A stretch of 64,000 nt of DNA, taken from positions 352,001 through 416,000 of the forward strand of contig CAVUZH010000018.1 of the NCBI GenBank assembly GCA_963745835.1, written 5' to 3'. Position 1 is the stretch's first letter. Each line of letters opens with the position of its first letter. The position numbers were made by a program, and so were the translations under genes. The DNA comes from an uncultured delta proteobacterium. Lineage in GTDB: Bacteria; Desulfobacterota; Binatia; UBA9968. Positions 1 through 10,411 of the stretch are shown here, piece by piece. Below the pieces are notes generated by a model. The model was not told the origin of the DNA, did no database searches, and saw only the letters and a list, made by a program, of their open reading frames with translations.

Positions 1-23
1 TCTTCGGCGCTAAGAAATCCCAT
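1..23 (-). CDS. 5' end of an unidentified gene running off the window edge (MGFLSAE...)
   Basis: Minus-strand ATG at 23-21 preceded by strong RBS AAGGAGG; only 7 codons visible. Confidence 0.4.
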
Positions 24-378
24 AAGGACCTCCTTGATTCTGTTTGATGTGGTTATTGGAAGACGACGCCCAAACGATAGGCAAGTGCGTCTGAAACGTC
101 AAGGCGGGAAGGAAGGAGGGATGTAAGGATCAGTGTGTGTCGAAAGCCACCGGCCGCGACGTGACGCGATTACTTTACACTGCCAAATGTGAATGGACTC
201 AACCGGGCTTCCGCAGGTGAACGAGACGTCACGAGCAATCGGCAAACCCTTCGCAGCGAAGACTATGCTTTTTGCCCTCTGAGAAAGCGGTAGCTATCTA
301 TATATTTGGCCAAACGCCCGCTTTATGTTTTTTTGTAATAACGTGACGAGGAACAAAAGCTTTTCGAATAGCGAGTAA

Positions 379-789
379 TCACGACGGCATCAAACAGGGA
401 ACCATTTGCCGGCTATGTCGGCGATAGATGCGGAAGTCGGAATCGGTGGTGAGAATGATCGGATCAGGAAGCGTCTCGGTCATGCGCACGAGGCAGGCGT
501 CGGCGAGGCTCATGGGCACGTCCGCGTATTTCTGCAATAGCTTGAGTACTGACTCCACGTCGTTGTCCAGGTCGAAAGCGGCAATTAGAGCCCGGCGGCG
601 AAGCAGCGCGCTGACTACAGGTGTTCCGCGCGACCCGAGGATGTGGAAAGCCTCAGATAGGACGGCTTCGCAGGTGCGCCAGGGTGGAGCATGGCCAGGC
701 GCTTGTGTCAGCGCCCATCGGTGGTGGGCGTCGCGGCGGCTAAGTAAAGCCACTAAAAAACCTGCGTCAACGAGCACGTTTCTGGCCAT
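379..789 (-). CDS. vapC: PIN-domain toxin (VapC family) of type II TA system
   Basis: 136 aa; PIN acidic motifs VLVDAGFL, EAVLSE, SLADACL, TTDSDF; overlaps upstream antitoxin. Confidence 0.88.
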   Translation of the reverse strand: MARNVLVDAGFLVALLSRRDAHHRWALTQAPGHAPPWRTCEAVLSEAFHILGSRGTPVVSALLRRRALIAAFDLDNDVESVLKLLQKYADVPMSLADACLVRMTETLPDPIILTTDSDFRIYRRHSRQMVPCLMPS

Positions 790-1024
790 ACCCCGTTTCT
801 TTCAAATAGCGTTTCTTTCGCGCGCTCAGGTCAGCAGGCAAGCCGTCCACCGAGCCGATCAGATCGGCGATAGTGTCAATCGGCGTGGACCGATGCCCTT
901 TGGGTCGAGCAGCGCGCTGCAAGCGCTCGCGAACGATGTCGGATTTCGAACAATTGCGCCTGCGCGATTCCATCTCGATCTCGGTTACGAGCGGCTCGGG
1001 CAATCGAACGGTTAGAGTTTTCAT
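767..1024 (-). CDS. Ribbon-helix-helix (CopG-like) antitoxin
   Basis: 85 aa; MKTLTVRLPE...SKSDIVRE RHH signature; overlaps the PIN toxin; -10-like TACACT 6 nt before ATG within near-palindrome TGTATTACA (1033-1041). Confidence 0.82.
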   Translation of the reverse strand: MKTLTVRLPEPLVTEIEMESRRRNCSKSDIVRERLQRAARPKGHRSTPIDTIADLIGSVDGLPADLSARKKRYLKETGYGQKRAR

Positions 1025-1140
1025 AGCAACAGTGTATTACATCGCTGCCAGGTATGCAAGACAGAGTTGGAATAGCGAGGGGAAACGGCTCTACTGGCCG
1101 AAAGGAACGACGTTCCTGCTGCGGTGCCATCGACCCCCGC

Positions 1141-1397
1141 GAACTCGCTGGCATACCTATCCCAGAACTCCCAAGATGAACGCCCACCTCGAACGTCTTA
1201 ACCGGACCATTGAGGAGGAGTTCATTGATTACCATCAGGAGCTGCTGATCACTCCCAATGAGTTCAATCGCCAACTGATCCCGTGGCTCATCTGGTACAA
1301 CGCTGAACGACCTCATTGGTCGCTAGAGCTTAAATCTCCGGTCCAATTCCTGTTGAAAGAAAATCCCTCCTTGTGCAAAACATGCTGGCCCTATACA
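1141..1397 (+). pseudogene. IS481-like transposase C-terminal remnant (integrase core) with probable right end
   Basis: HTYPRTPKMNAHLERLNRTIEEEF...WYNAERPHWSL...SP rve-type motif; ends ...CCCTATACA like IS481 termini; no N-terminus. Confidence 0.72.
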
Positions 1398-1840
1398 AAC
1401 CGTTGCAAATCATAGCCAACATGACTAGAGTCAAGGCCGTCGATGTTGCCGGTAGCGGGATATCAGTAAATCCCTGGTGCGGTAGCGATTGCCTTTACTC
1501 GAACAAGAACATTTTGAATAACTTAAGGCCCGACAATGCTGCGAGCTATATGCGTGCGTACACCTGTTCACCGTTCCCGGCATTTTCACATCCAATGTAG
1601 CCCGAAACACTTTCCCGCAGGATGTTTGGATGTAGACCGAATTAGTTTTGGAGTTGAGTCATTATCCTAGCGCAAAGAAATCTTCATTCATTTTTCAACT
1701 GCCCTTAACTCAAATTAGTAGGTGAACAAGATAGTTGTATGTAGGCGAACGGCGAAGAAAGATTTAGCAACGGAGGAACCTTCAGTACACCTCCACGCGC
1801 TTGAACCAGTTGGCGCACAGAGGCGGTTCAGGAGGACAGG

Positions 1841-4800
1841 ATGTATAGTTCGCTAGCAATTCGAAGCAAAGGCGCAGAAGACGTTGATCATGAGATCGAT
1901 CTCCGTATTCAGCTGCTGCTGACCGCTCTTTTAATCGGTGTCGCCTATTACCTAGGCGCTCTGTTTAGCTTCACGCTGAGGGTCCCATCCACGCGCAGTT
2001 CGATCCTATGGATGCCCAATGCGATACTTCTTGCGGCTTTTGTCGTCACACCTGTTAAAAGGTGGTGGCTCTGGACCTTGGCTGCTTTTCCGGCGCATCT
2101 CCTGGCTCAATCGCGGGATGCCGCACCGGTTTTGGTTCTTTGCTGTCCTTTCATTGCCAACGTCGCTCAAGCGGCCCTCGCCGCGATTAGCCTGCGCCTG
2201 TTAACGGAGGCTCCGCACCGGCTCGAATCTCTCCGCAACATGGGTATCTTTATCCTCGTCGCAGTGATTGGGGTGCCGGCGGTGGTTTCTTTCACCGCGG
2301 CCTGGCTCTTCGTGCTCGCTGGCTGGGAGACCGATTATTGGCTGGTTGGAGAGGCGCGCTTGCTTAATAACGTGGTGACCGGGCTTACAGTGGCGCCCCT
2401 ATGCCTCGCGATCGCAGGCGGCGACCTGAACAAACTTCGTTGTCTGAAGATTTGGCGCTACGTAGAGTTCGCTGTCGTTATACTTGGGCTTGTCGTTATA
2501 CTAGCGCTCACTTCCGCGTGGCACGCCGCCGAAACAATCAATTTTCCTGTTCGCCTCTATGCTCCGCTGCCGTTTTTGTTTTGGGCAGCCGTGCGTTTTG
2601 GACCTCCAGGGTTAGCGATATCGCTTTTGGCGGTCGCTTACGACTCCATATCTGATTCGATTGTTGGTCCGGTGCCGGGCGCGAGCTCACCGGCGGTAGA
2701 TATTCTCGCTTTGGAGGCGTCGCTGGCCGTTCTCTCGCTTCCTTTGATGCTGTTGGCAGCGCTGATGCAGGAAAGGCAGCACAAAGACGAGGTCTTGCGT
2801 GAGAGCCAAGAGCGTTTAGCAGGGACGGAAAAATTCTCGCTGGTGATGGTGACAAACACGGACTTGGAGGGCCGTTGGCTCAAGGTCCCTCCGACGTTCT
2901 GCGAGTTGCTCGGTTATACCGAGCAAGAGTTGCTGGGACGCCGCTTTGATGAGCTGACGCATCCGGATGATGTAGAGGTAAATTTAAGCCGGCGCTTGCA
3001 GCTCCTGCGGGACGAGATCAAGTCATTCGACCTCGAAAAACGCTACATTCGAAAAGACGGCGGCATTGTCTGGGTTTATATCAACGTGTCAGTTGTCCAA
3101 GATGCAAACGGAACTCCCGTCCACTTCCTGAGCTACATTCGCGACATTAGCGGTCGCAAGCAGGCTGAACAGGCACTGCGGGACAGCGAAGAACGGTTGC
3201 AGCTCGCGCTCGAGGCCGGCGGAATGGGGGTTTGGGATTGGGATACGAGTAGCAATGCTCTTGAGTGGTCGAGCGAGCATTTCACGATTATGGGCCTGGA
3301 GCCGTTTAGCATCAAACCAACATACCAGACCTGGGCCGAGCGCGTGCATCCGGATGACCGTCCGACTGTCACGGCAGCGATCGCAAGAGCGATCGCTGAA
3401 CGCGGCCACTATCGTGCCGAATACCGCATAGTATTGCCGGATGGTAGCTATCGCTGGGTGATATCGCGCGGGGAGGCGGTGTATAAAACCAGCGGTGAAT
3501 GCGTAAGGCTGACGGGTGTCACGGTAGACATCACGGATCGCAAATGGGCCGAGTCACGATTGCGCGTTCAATACCAGATCACGCGCGTGCTATCGAATTC
3601 CGCTTCGCTTGCCGATGCCGCGCCGGCCTTGATTCAAACGATTTGTCAGTGTTTTGATTGGCATTGCGGAGAGATGTGGCAAGTCAACTCCGAAGCTGAG
3701 GTACTGGAGTATCTTGAAGGTTGGCACTCGCCATCGATGCAGTTGGCGCCATTCGTTTCGCAGAGCCGGCAACTTACCATCTCCGTTGGAGTGGGACTTT
3801 CGGGTCGCGTGTGGAAAAGCGGTACCCCGGAATGGATAATCAACCTTTCCGCCGATGATAACTTTCCGCGCGCCTCCTTAGCGGAAAGATTCGGATTAAA
3901 GAGCGCGTTTAGTTTTCCGATCACTGTGGGCGATCGAACACTCGCGGTGATGGCGTTTTTCAGCGCCAACATGCGACAGCCTGACGAAGAATTGCTCCAG
4001 ACCATCGAGAGTATCGGACGTCAAATCGGCCAGCTCATAGAGCGTAAGCACGCGGAGCATGTCACGTTTCAGCGCGACCAACTGCTTCACACAATGTTTG
4101 AATCGCTTTCCTCTCAGGTTGTGGTCTTAGATCGCGACGGAATGATAAATTATGCAAGCAAGTCCTGGGAGCAATTCGCGACGGAGAATCAAGGCATACT
4201 TAACCGCCTGTCCGTAGGGATCAATTATCTGGACGTTTGCAGACGGGCCGCAAATCTAGGCGGAGACGGCGCCAAAGAGGCTCTCGATGGAATTGGCAAA
4301 GTGCTTGCTGGAAAACTTCAGAATTTTTCTATGGAATACCCTTGCAATGATGTCAAAACGGCACGCTGGTTCTCAATGCAGGTAGACCGGATGCCGCGCG
4401 ACCATGGCGGTGTCGTCATCAGTCATACTGATATTACAGAGCGCAAGGAAGCAGATGAAGCGCTCCGGAATGCGCTAAACGAAGTGCGCCAGCTCAAAGA
4501 ACGCTTAGAGGTCGAGAATACCTACCTGCTTGAGGAAGTATCCGGCGTCCATCAATTCGGCGAAATCGGTGGGCGCAGTGATTCCATAGCGAAGGCGTTG
4601 CGACATGCGGAGTTGGTGGCGCCAACAGATGCGACAGTCCTCATAACCGGAGAGACCGGAACCGGTAAAGAACTACTGGCTCGCGCAGTCCACGCGCGCA
4701 GCAAGAGAAGCCATAGGCCGTTAGTTAAAGTAAACTGCGCGGGTTTGCCGGCTTCGCTCATTGAGAGTGAACTGTTCGGTCATGAAAAAGGCGCCTTTAC

Positions 4801-5584
4801 CGGCGCCTCAACCAAGCGCATTGGCCGCTTTGAGTTGGCCAATGAAGCAACGATCTTTCTCGATGAGGTGGGCGAACTACCCTTGGAACTTCAGGCCAAG
4901 TTGCTGCGGGTGCTGCAAGAGGGTGAATTTGAGCGGCTGGGCAGCTCGAAGACCATCAAAGTAAATCCGCGAGTGATTGCGGCTACTAATCGCGACCTCG
5001 GATTAGCCGTCAAACATGGAGTGTTTCGTGATGATTTGTATTATCGACTGAACGTTTATCCAATAAACCTCCCACCTTTGCGCGACCGGAAAGAGGATAT
5101 ACCGGAGCTTGTCCAGACGTTTCTCAGCGAAGCCAGCCGCAGGCTTGGTCGATCTTTCAATGATGCGTCCCAGCGGGTTATCGAAGGCTTCATGAAATAC
5201 GACTGGCCGGGCAATGTGCGTGAGCTGCAGAACGTCGTCGAGCGAATGGCGGTCACAGCCAAAGGCAGCCAGCTAACCCTTCCCGCTGATTGGTTGAGCG
5301 ATTCGCCGACCGCGGTGCCTTATGAACTATCGAAAAGTCAGCCACTTGAATCTGCTGTGGCATCTCAACACGAAACTACGGTAGAAAGCATCGAGCGCGC
5401 TCATATTCTGAAGGTCCTCGAGCAACAACGCTGGCGAATAGAAGGTCCCCATGGCGCTGCCGTTGTTCTGGGCCTCAAACCCAGTACGTTGCGTTCGCGC
5501 ATGCGGAAATTGCATATTGATCGATTTGCGCTCTTAAACCGTCGCGTTAATCGTATATCGCAGCGATTCCATAACCCCTCCTGA
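1841..5584 (+). CDS. Membrane-anchored sigma54-dependent transcriptional activator (MASE1-PAS-PAS-GAF-PAS-AAA+-HTH, FhlA-like C-terminus)
   Basis: Multi-TM N-terminus, PAS motifs (HPDD, DITDRK), GAF (GLSGRVW), Walker [35 protein letters not shown]-terminal HTH. Confidence 0.92.
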   Translation: MYSSLAIRSKGAEDVDHEIDLRIQLLLTALLIGVAYYLGALFSFTLRVPSTRSSILWMPNAILLAAFVVTPVKRWWLWTLAAFPAHLLAQSRDAAPVLVLCCPFIANVAQAALAAISLRLLTEAPHRLESLRNMGIFILVAVIGVPAVVSFTAAWLFVLAGWETDYWLVGEARLLNNVVTGLTVAPLCLAIAGGDLNKLRCLKIWRYVEFAVVILGLVVILALTSAWHAAETINFPVRLYAPLPFLFWAAVRFGPPGLAISLLAVAYDSISDSIVGPVPGASSPAVDILALEASLAVLSLPLMLLAALMQERQHKDEVLRESQERLAGTEKFSLVMVTNTDLEGRWLKVPPTFCELLGYTEQELLGRRFDELTHPDDVEVNLSRRLQLLRDEIKSFDLEKRYIRKDGGIVWVYINVSVVQDANGTPVHFLSYIRDISGRKQAEQALRDSEERLQLALEAGGMGVWDWDTSSNALEWSSEHFTIMGLEPFSIKPTYQTWAERVHPDDRPTVTAAIARAIAERGHYRAEYRIVLPDGSYRWVISRGEAVYKTSGECVRLTGVTVDITDRKWAESRLRVQYQITRVLSNSASLADAAPALIQTICQCFDWHCGEMWQVNSEAEVLEYLEGWHSPSMQLAPFVSQSRQLTISVGVGLSGRVWKSGTPEWIINLSADDNFPRASLAERFGLKSAFSFPITVGDRTLAVMAFFSANMRQPDEELLQTIESIGRQIGQLIERKHAEHVTFQRDQLLHTMFESLSSQVVVLDRDGMINYASKSWEQFATENQGILNRLSVGINYLDVCRRAANLGGDGAKEALDGIGKVLAGKLQNFSMEYPCNDVKTARWFSMQVDRMPRDHGGVVISHTDITERKEADEALRNALNEVRQLKERLEVENTYLLEEVSGVHQFGEIGGRSDSIAKALRHAELVAPTDATVLITGETGTGKELLARAVHARSKRSHRPLVKVNCAGLPASLIESELFGHEKGAFTGASTKRIGRFELANEATIFLDEVGELPLELQAKLLRVLQEGEFERLGSSKTIKVNPRVIAATNRDLGLAVKHGVFRDDLYYRLNVYPINLPPLRDRKEDIPELVQTFLSEASRRLGRSFNDASQRVIEGFMKYDWPGNVRELQNVVERMAVTAKGSQLTLPADWLSDSPTAVPYELSKSQPLESAVASQHETTVESIERAHILKVLEQQRWRIEGPHGAAVVLGLKPSTLRSRMRKLHIDRFALLNRRVNRISQRFHNPS

Positions 5585-5755
5585 TTGCCGGATATCTACC
5601 AGCCCACGATATCCCGCGGTTCCCACATCATTTAGCGGGCGTGCCGGTCTATCGCCGCTCCGTAGTATTTTCTGAACCCTCAAGAAGTCCCTATTTTGTA
5701 AGTAGAATTAAACGCTTATGAACTTGCGCCGAGAGATCAGCGCCCGTTCTTTTAG

Positions 5756-5771
5756 CGGCATTGCTCTTGCG
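5756..5771 (+). promoter_or_regulatory. Sigma54 -24/-12 promoter
   Basis: CGGCATTGCTCTTGCG: GG(5757-58)-N10-GC(5769-70); intergenic, directly downstream of the bEBP gene and upstream of the PAS kinase. Confidence 0.68.
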
Positions 5772-5908
5772 CTAAGGCACTATGTTGACGGTGGGGATGT
5801 GCTGTCCGCCGATGCAGCGGTGGCGAATAAAAATCGCGTTATTTACTATGCGATTATGGCGGAAGCTTATCTTAAAGGCGTTCCGTACCGGAAAGGAGAA
5901 CAAATTAT

Positions 5909-6967
5909 TTGGACCACGATATTAGTGCGGTAGGAGTTGTAGTGGTGGGTGGCAAATACGAACTTGCTTCCATCAATGAGGTGTTTTGCCAGAAACTTGG
6001 ATATGAAAAGGCTGAGCTAGCGGGGAGGAATTTCTTAGATATCGCCTGCCCTGCCGAGCAGGAAAAATGTAAGCGGCTACTCGTCCAAGCTGTTAAAGAT
6101 AAAGATACAGCGTATAAGGCGGACGTGCGTTTTGTCCGCAAAAACGGAGACCCAGTTCGCACCAAGCTCACAGCTACAACGGCTCTCCACGATTACCAAA
6201 CTGCCGGCCATGTCTTGGTGACTGTTGAGGATTTCATCGGCCCACCCGGCCGTAAAACATTGTCCAACGCCAAGCGGTTGGCTCAAGTCCAAGCATCGGC
6301 CCAGATATTGATGCATGAACTCCGGAATCAAATGCATGGTATCTCCCTTATTGGTCGTTTGCTCGAGGAAGAAAGTACTCGGCGCGGTCTGGTCAAGGAC
6401 GATTCTCTGGTGGAGCTTAATCAAGATTTAACAAGCCGGCTTGAGGATCTCCGCGTGCTGCTGCAGGACTTTAATCGCCTTGGCGAAACGGTCAACCTTA
6501 AGCTTCGGGCCACCGATCTCGCTAAATTTGTGACTAGAATGCTTGGCTCGAAGCAGGCCTCTTATGTTGCCGAGCGGATTCAAGTCAAATGTGATCTGGC
6601 CGCGGACCTGCCGCGGGTCCAACTCGACCGGCACAGATTCAAGCAGGCCTGGCTCAATCTTTTCAAGAACGCTGTCGAAGCAATGCCCTCAGGAGGTACG
6701 ATTACGGTGCGGCTCTACAGATCCGACACTGATGTCTGTTTAGAGATCGAGGATACCGGAACTGGAGTTCCTGACGGCATCGACGTCTTCAAGCCATTTG
6801 TGACCACTAAATCGCAAGGAACCGGCTTGGGACTGGGGATCGTGCGTGAAATAGTTTCGGCGCATGGCGGCGTCGTTTCGTACCAGAGCACGCCGCAAGC
6901 AGGTGCGCTTTTTAGAATTTCCCTGCCATTGGACGCCTCTCGCCGATGCAATTGCGAGGAAAGCTAA
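5909..6967 (+). CDS. PAS-domain sensor histidine kinase (cytoplasmic)
   Basis: PAS, H-box MHELRN, N-box NLFKNAVEAM, G boxes DTGTGVP and GTGLGL; TTG start with AAGGAG RBS. Confidence 0.85.
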   Translation: MDHDISAVGVVVVGGKYELASINEVFCQKLGYEKAELAGRNFLDIACPAEQEKCKRLLVQAVKDKDTAYKADVRFVRKNGDPVRTKLTATTALHDYQTAGHVLVTVEDFIGPPGRKTLSNAKRLAQVQASAQILMHELRNQMHGISLIGRLLEEESTRRGLVKDDSLVELNQDLTSRLEDLRVLLQDFNRLGETVNLKLRATDLAKFVTRMLGSKQASYVAERIQVKCDLAADLPRVQLDRHRFKQAWLNLFKNAVEAMPSGGTITVRLYRSDTDVCLEIEDTGTGVPDGIDVFKPFVTTKSQGTGLGLGIVREIVSAHGGVVSYQSTPQAGALFRISLPLDASRRCNCEES

Positions 6968-7300
6968 ACCGCATAGTGTGAAGCTACAGATTCGAATAAG
7001 GTAACCAGATGGGGCGAGTTTACTTCTGTTAAGCCTCGATCTTTTAACCTAATCCTGGTCCTGCCGATATACCGCCATCTTGGTAACTCGATTTCAATTA
7101 TTCAATGACGGCCGCTTGCATGTGATCTTTTGAACCACGCCGGCGCTGTGCCCCTGTTGCCGCGCGGCGCTCGCGACTCTTGGACCAACGCCAAGCATGA
7201 ATGCATTATCTGGTTGACCTAAAAAGTTTCTTACAGTAGTTTCCGCTGCATCGGGAGAGGTCGGCAAACCTAGGTCGTATATAAGAAAGGGAGGCAATCC

Positions 7301-8047
7301 ATGAACAGATATGTAGCCGAATTGCTCGGCACCTTTGTGCTGGTTTTTGCCAGTTGCGGGAGCGCTGTTTTGGCAGGAGACAAAATTGGTTTTCTCGGCG
7401 TTTCGTTGGCTTTCGGCCTGTCTCTGCTGGCAATGATCTATGCCATCGGGCCGATTTCCGGGTGTCACATAAACCCTGCTGTAACCGTTGGACTACTGCT
7501 AACCAAGAAGATGGATGCAAAGTTTGCAGGTGGGTATATCGCGGCCCAGATCGTCGGTGCGATTTTGGCTGCCGGTGTTTTGTTGATCATCGCCCAAGGA
7601 GCGCCCGGCGGCTATGATCCATCCGTTGCGGGTTTCGCCGCCAACGGTTATGGCGAACACTCCCCTGGAAAGTACAATCTCTTATCGGCCTTCCTGGTTG
7701 AAGTTGTCCTGACTTTTTTTCTAGTTTATACCGTTCTCGGCGCCACCGATATCAGAGCGCCCGTCGGCTTTGCCGGCGTCGCTATCGGCCTTGTTCTAGC
7801 GCTGATCCATTTGGTCGGTATTCCCGTTACCAACACTTCGGTCAATCCAGCGCGCAGTATCGGGCCCGCCGTTTTCGTCGGTGGCTGGGCATTAAGCCAG
7901 CTATGGCTATTTATTGTCGCGCCGATTATCGGCGCAGGGATCGCTGCAGCGCTCTATGGGGTATCCCATAAGCCGAGTGAGGTCATCAGCGCGAGAGAAG
8001 CGGAACGTGCGCTCGCAACCGAGCAGGCTGCAAGGAAGTCGGCTTAA
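7301..8047 (+). CDS. aqpZ: Aquaporin Z
   Basis: Two NPA motifs ([14 protein letters not shown]), [17 protein letters not shown] loop typical of AqpZ; RBS GGAGG. Confidence 0.93.
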   Translation: MNRYVAELLGTFVLVFASCGSAVLAGDKIGFLGVSLAFGLSLLAMIYAIGPISGCHINPAVTVGLLLTKKMDAKFAGGYIAAQIVGAILAAGVLLIIAQGAPGGYDPSVAGFAANGYGEHSPGKYNLLSAFLVEVVLTFFLVYTVLGATDIRAPVGFAGVAIGLVLALIHLVGIPVTNTSVNPARSIGPAVFVGGWALSQLWLFIVAPIIGAGIAAALYGVSHKPSEVISAREAERALATEQAARKSA

Positions 8048-8260
8048 TCCAAGCTCGCTCTCGATAAAACCAGTTCGCTCACAGGATTCGTCTCGAAACA
8101 CACGGAGCGCCATGCAACTCGACCGGAGTGTTGACAGTCAAACGAAAAAACAAAGCGGCCGACATCGCGCAGATTGTCAGTGGCGTCAAAAACGTCGTCG
8201 ACAATCTGCAGATTCAGTCCAGATAGAGCCAAACCGGTAGCCGGTCAGCGTTTCAAACTT

Positions 8261-8905
8261 ATGTATCCAATGATCTCGCGCGAATTGGCGATCGTATTTA
8301 TCCTCTTCGGGCTATGTTCCTGCGCATCGCTGCCGGCGCTGTTTTTACCAACTATCAGCGATGAGAGACTCGAAGCATTCGTTGCCCAAGAGGCGCAGCA
8401 GATTCTCCGAGTATCCGGGAACTCGCACAAGGCGGATCGGTATAAGTTTTACCTGGCTAAGTTCCCGCGCGATGATATTTTAGGCCTCAGTTTTGGCGAG
8501 CATAGGATCTTTATAAGTTACGAACTGACCAGGCTCGCTCGCGAGCACACCGGCTCTCTGTGGCTGTTCAGACATACCCTCGCCCACGAAATAGCTCACG
8601 ATGTGTTGGAACATGCAAAGAACGAACAGATGGCCAGCTTGAATGCTGTGCGCCAGTCTCACGCCCGAATCAAAGGAGCCGATCTCGGCCTGCCTCTGTT
8701 CATTTCTTACCGCAATTATTCGACGGCAGCCGAGTTGGCTGCTGATGAAGCGGCGATGGAATACTGGAAGAAGATCGGCTGGGATTGCAGTATTTGGATC
8801 AAACTCTTTAGAAGCTTTCTTGATCAGGGTTACATAGGCGATCCGGATCACCCATTGAACGAACGTCTGACTCAGGCAATCAGGATTTGCGAGTCAAACA
8901 GCTAA
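8261..8905 (+). CDS. M48-like zinc metallopeptidase, putative lipoprotein
   Basis: HEIAH (HExxH), ELAADE and terminal DHP..ER motifs; lipobox-like LCSC; start uncertain. Confidence 0.7.
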   Translation: MYPMISRELAIVFILFGLCSCASLPALFLPTISDERLEAFVAQEAQQILRVSGNSHKADRYKFYLAKFPRDDILGLSFGEHRIFISYELTRLAREHTGSLWLFRHTLAHEIAHDVLEHAKNEQMASLNAVRQSHARIKGADLGLPLFISYRNYSTAAELAADEAAMEYWKKIGWDCSIWIKLFRSFLDQGYIGDPDHPLNERLTQAIRICESNS

Positions 8906-8926
8906 AGAGCGCACGTAAGCGGCAGC

Positions 8927-9418
8927 ATGCGTAACAACGAACTGATCATGAAATGGTTAGTACAAATAGCGCTGAACTTAGCGCTGGTATTCTGCGCAAT
9001 CACCGTGTGGGCGCAAAAGCCGATCGTCTATCCGGCAAAAGGGCAGAGCGCGCAACAGCAGACGAAAGACGATTCCGCATGTTATGCCTGGGCAAAGCAG
9101 ACGACCGGCATCGATCCGGCAGTTGTGGCATCGACACCGCCACCACAACAGACCGGGCCCGCAGTCGGTGGCGGCGAGCGTGTGAAGGGCGCCGCTCGAG
9201 GAGCCCTCGGCGGCGCGGCTGTTGGCGCAATTGCCGGTGATGCAGGAGACGGCGCCGCTATCGGTGCGGTCGTGGGCACCGCAGTCGGCGGACGCCGGGC
9301 GCGCCAGAATCGCGAAGCGCAAAATCAGCAGGCGGTCAGTCAGCAGCAAAATCTCATGGATACGTATTATCGCGCCTACGGAGCGTGCATGGAGGGACGC
9401 GGTTACACGATCAAGTGA
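8927..9418 (+). CDS. Secreted glycine-zipper protein
   Basis: Signal peptide, YPAKGQS...D...CY.WA, GAxxGAxxG zipper, ACMEGRGYTIK end. Confidence 0.8.
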   Translation: MRNNELIMKWLVQIALNLALVFCAITVWAQKPIVYPAKGQSAQQQTKDDSACYAWAKQTTGIDPAVVASTPPPQQTGPAVGGGERVKGAARGALGGAAVGAIAGDAGDGAAIGAVVGTAVGGRRARQNREAQNQQAVSQQQNLMDTYYRAYGACMEGRGYTIK

Positions 9419-9456
9419 AGGAGTATGACTCGATCGTCGGGCGAGAGATGAGGAAT

Positions 9457-9849
9457 ATGAAACTATTCTCTATTGTTATTTTGTTGATCGCACTCCTCGG
9501 GCCGGGACTAGCCTCAGCAGCCGATTTTGATGGCTCGAAGGTTTTGATTTGCGCCCCCGTTGAAGCCATAGACTGCGCTCCAGGAGAAAGCTGTAGAAAA
9601 GGCATGCCGGCGGATGCCGGCTTGCCGGCGTTCATCCGCGTCGATATCGCGAAGATGGTCATGATCGGGCCCAAACGAACTTCACCGATCGCCTCCATCG
9701 AGAGAAGCGAACAACAGATCCTCTTGCAGGGAACCGAGTTGGGTTCCGCGTGGACAATCGCGCTCGATCAGAATAGCGGAGAAATCTCGGGATCTCTGGT
9801 AAACCGCGAAGAGGTGTTTGTTATCTTCGGGTCGTGCACGCCGTTGTAA
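9457..9849 (+). CDS. Secreted hypothetical protein with 4 Cys
   Basis: Signal peptide MKLFSIV...ASA, RBS GAGGA, coding-like composition. Confidence 0.68.
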   Translation: MKLFSIVILLIALLGPGLASAADFDGSKVLICAPVEAIDCAPGESCRKGMPADAGLPAFIRVDIAKMVMIGPKRTSPIASIERSEQQILLQGTELGSAWTIALDQNSGEISGSLVNREEVFVIFGSCTPL

Positions 9850-10170
9850 TAGCCAAGCCATGCTAAAATCGCTCCAGGATCAAATCTGAACCTAGAGTCG
9901 AAGCGGACGCCACGTGTCAAGATGTCTGAGATTTTGGCCACAGTTCTTTGTCTCAATACAGCTTATATCCGTTGTGCAGTCCGTAAGACGCCTCGACCTG
10001 ACGAGTGGCCGGTGTTCTTCGCACATGAATTTCAAATTTGCCGTCGTAAATCCTCATTCTAGCCTGTTCTTGCGCATCGCCGACCATGCTTTACAACCTG
10101 CCCGCCTTTATGGAGACTCGAAGCGTTCAGAGCATCTTCATGCGAAAGCTAGTGAGCTTACGAGAATACC

Positions 10171-10353
10171 ATGAAAGTTATGGAGGATCGCGAAATAGGC
10201 TCTCTGTGGAAGGGGAACTGGTTTGAGGGTGATGAGCCCCGGGTCATCAAAGAGCTGATCCGCAAGCTGATCGAGGAGAGAACTTTTCAGGTCGGGTATG
10301 AGCGTGCTTTACAAGCGTTCGGCATTTCGAAAGAGGACTACGAAAAGCTGTAA
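10171..10353 (+). CDS. Small hypothetical protein (60 aa)
   Basis: Protein-like composition, ATG with GAGA upstream; no family recognised. Confidence 0.4.
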   Translation: MKVMEDREIGSLWKGNWFEGDEPRVIKELIRKLIEERTFQVGYERALQAFGISKEDYEKL

Positions 10354-10411
10354 ATTGTGGGATGCCAATTTGAAAGCGACTAGCATAAATAAGGGGTGTC
10401 TTAGCCACAGA

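Noticed and set aside
5718-5933. 71-aa ORF between bEBP and kinase
   Set aside because: Overlaps the sigma54 promoter and the kinase RBS; no coding signature
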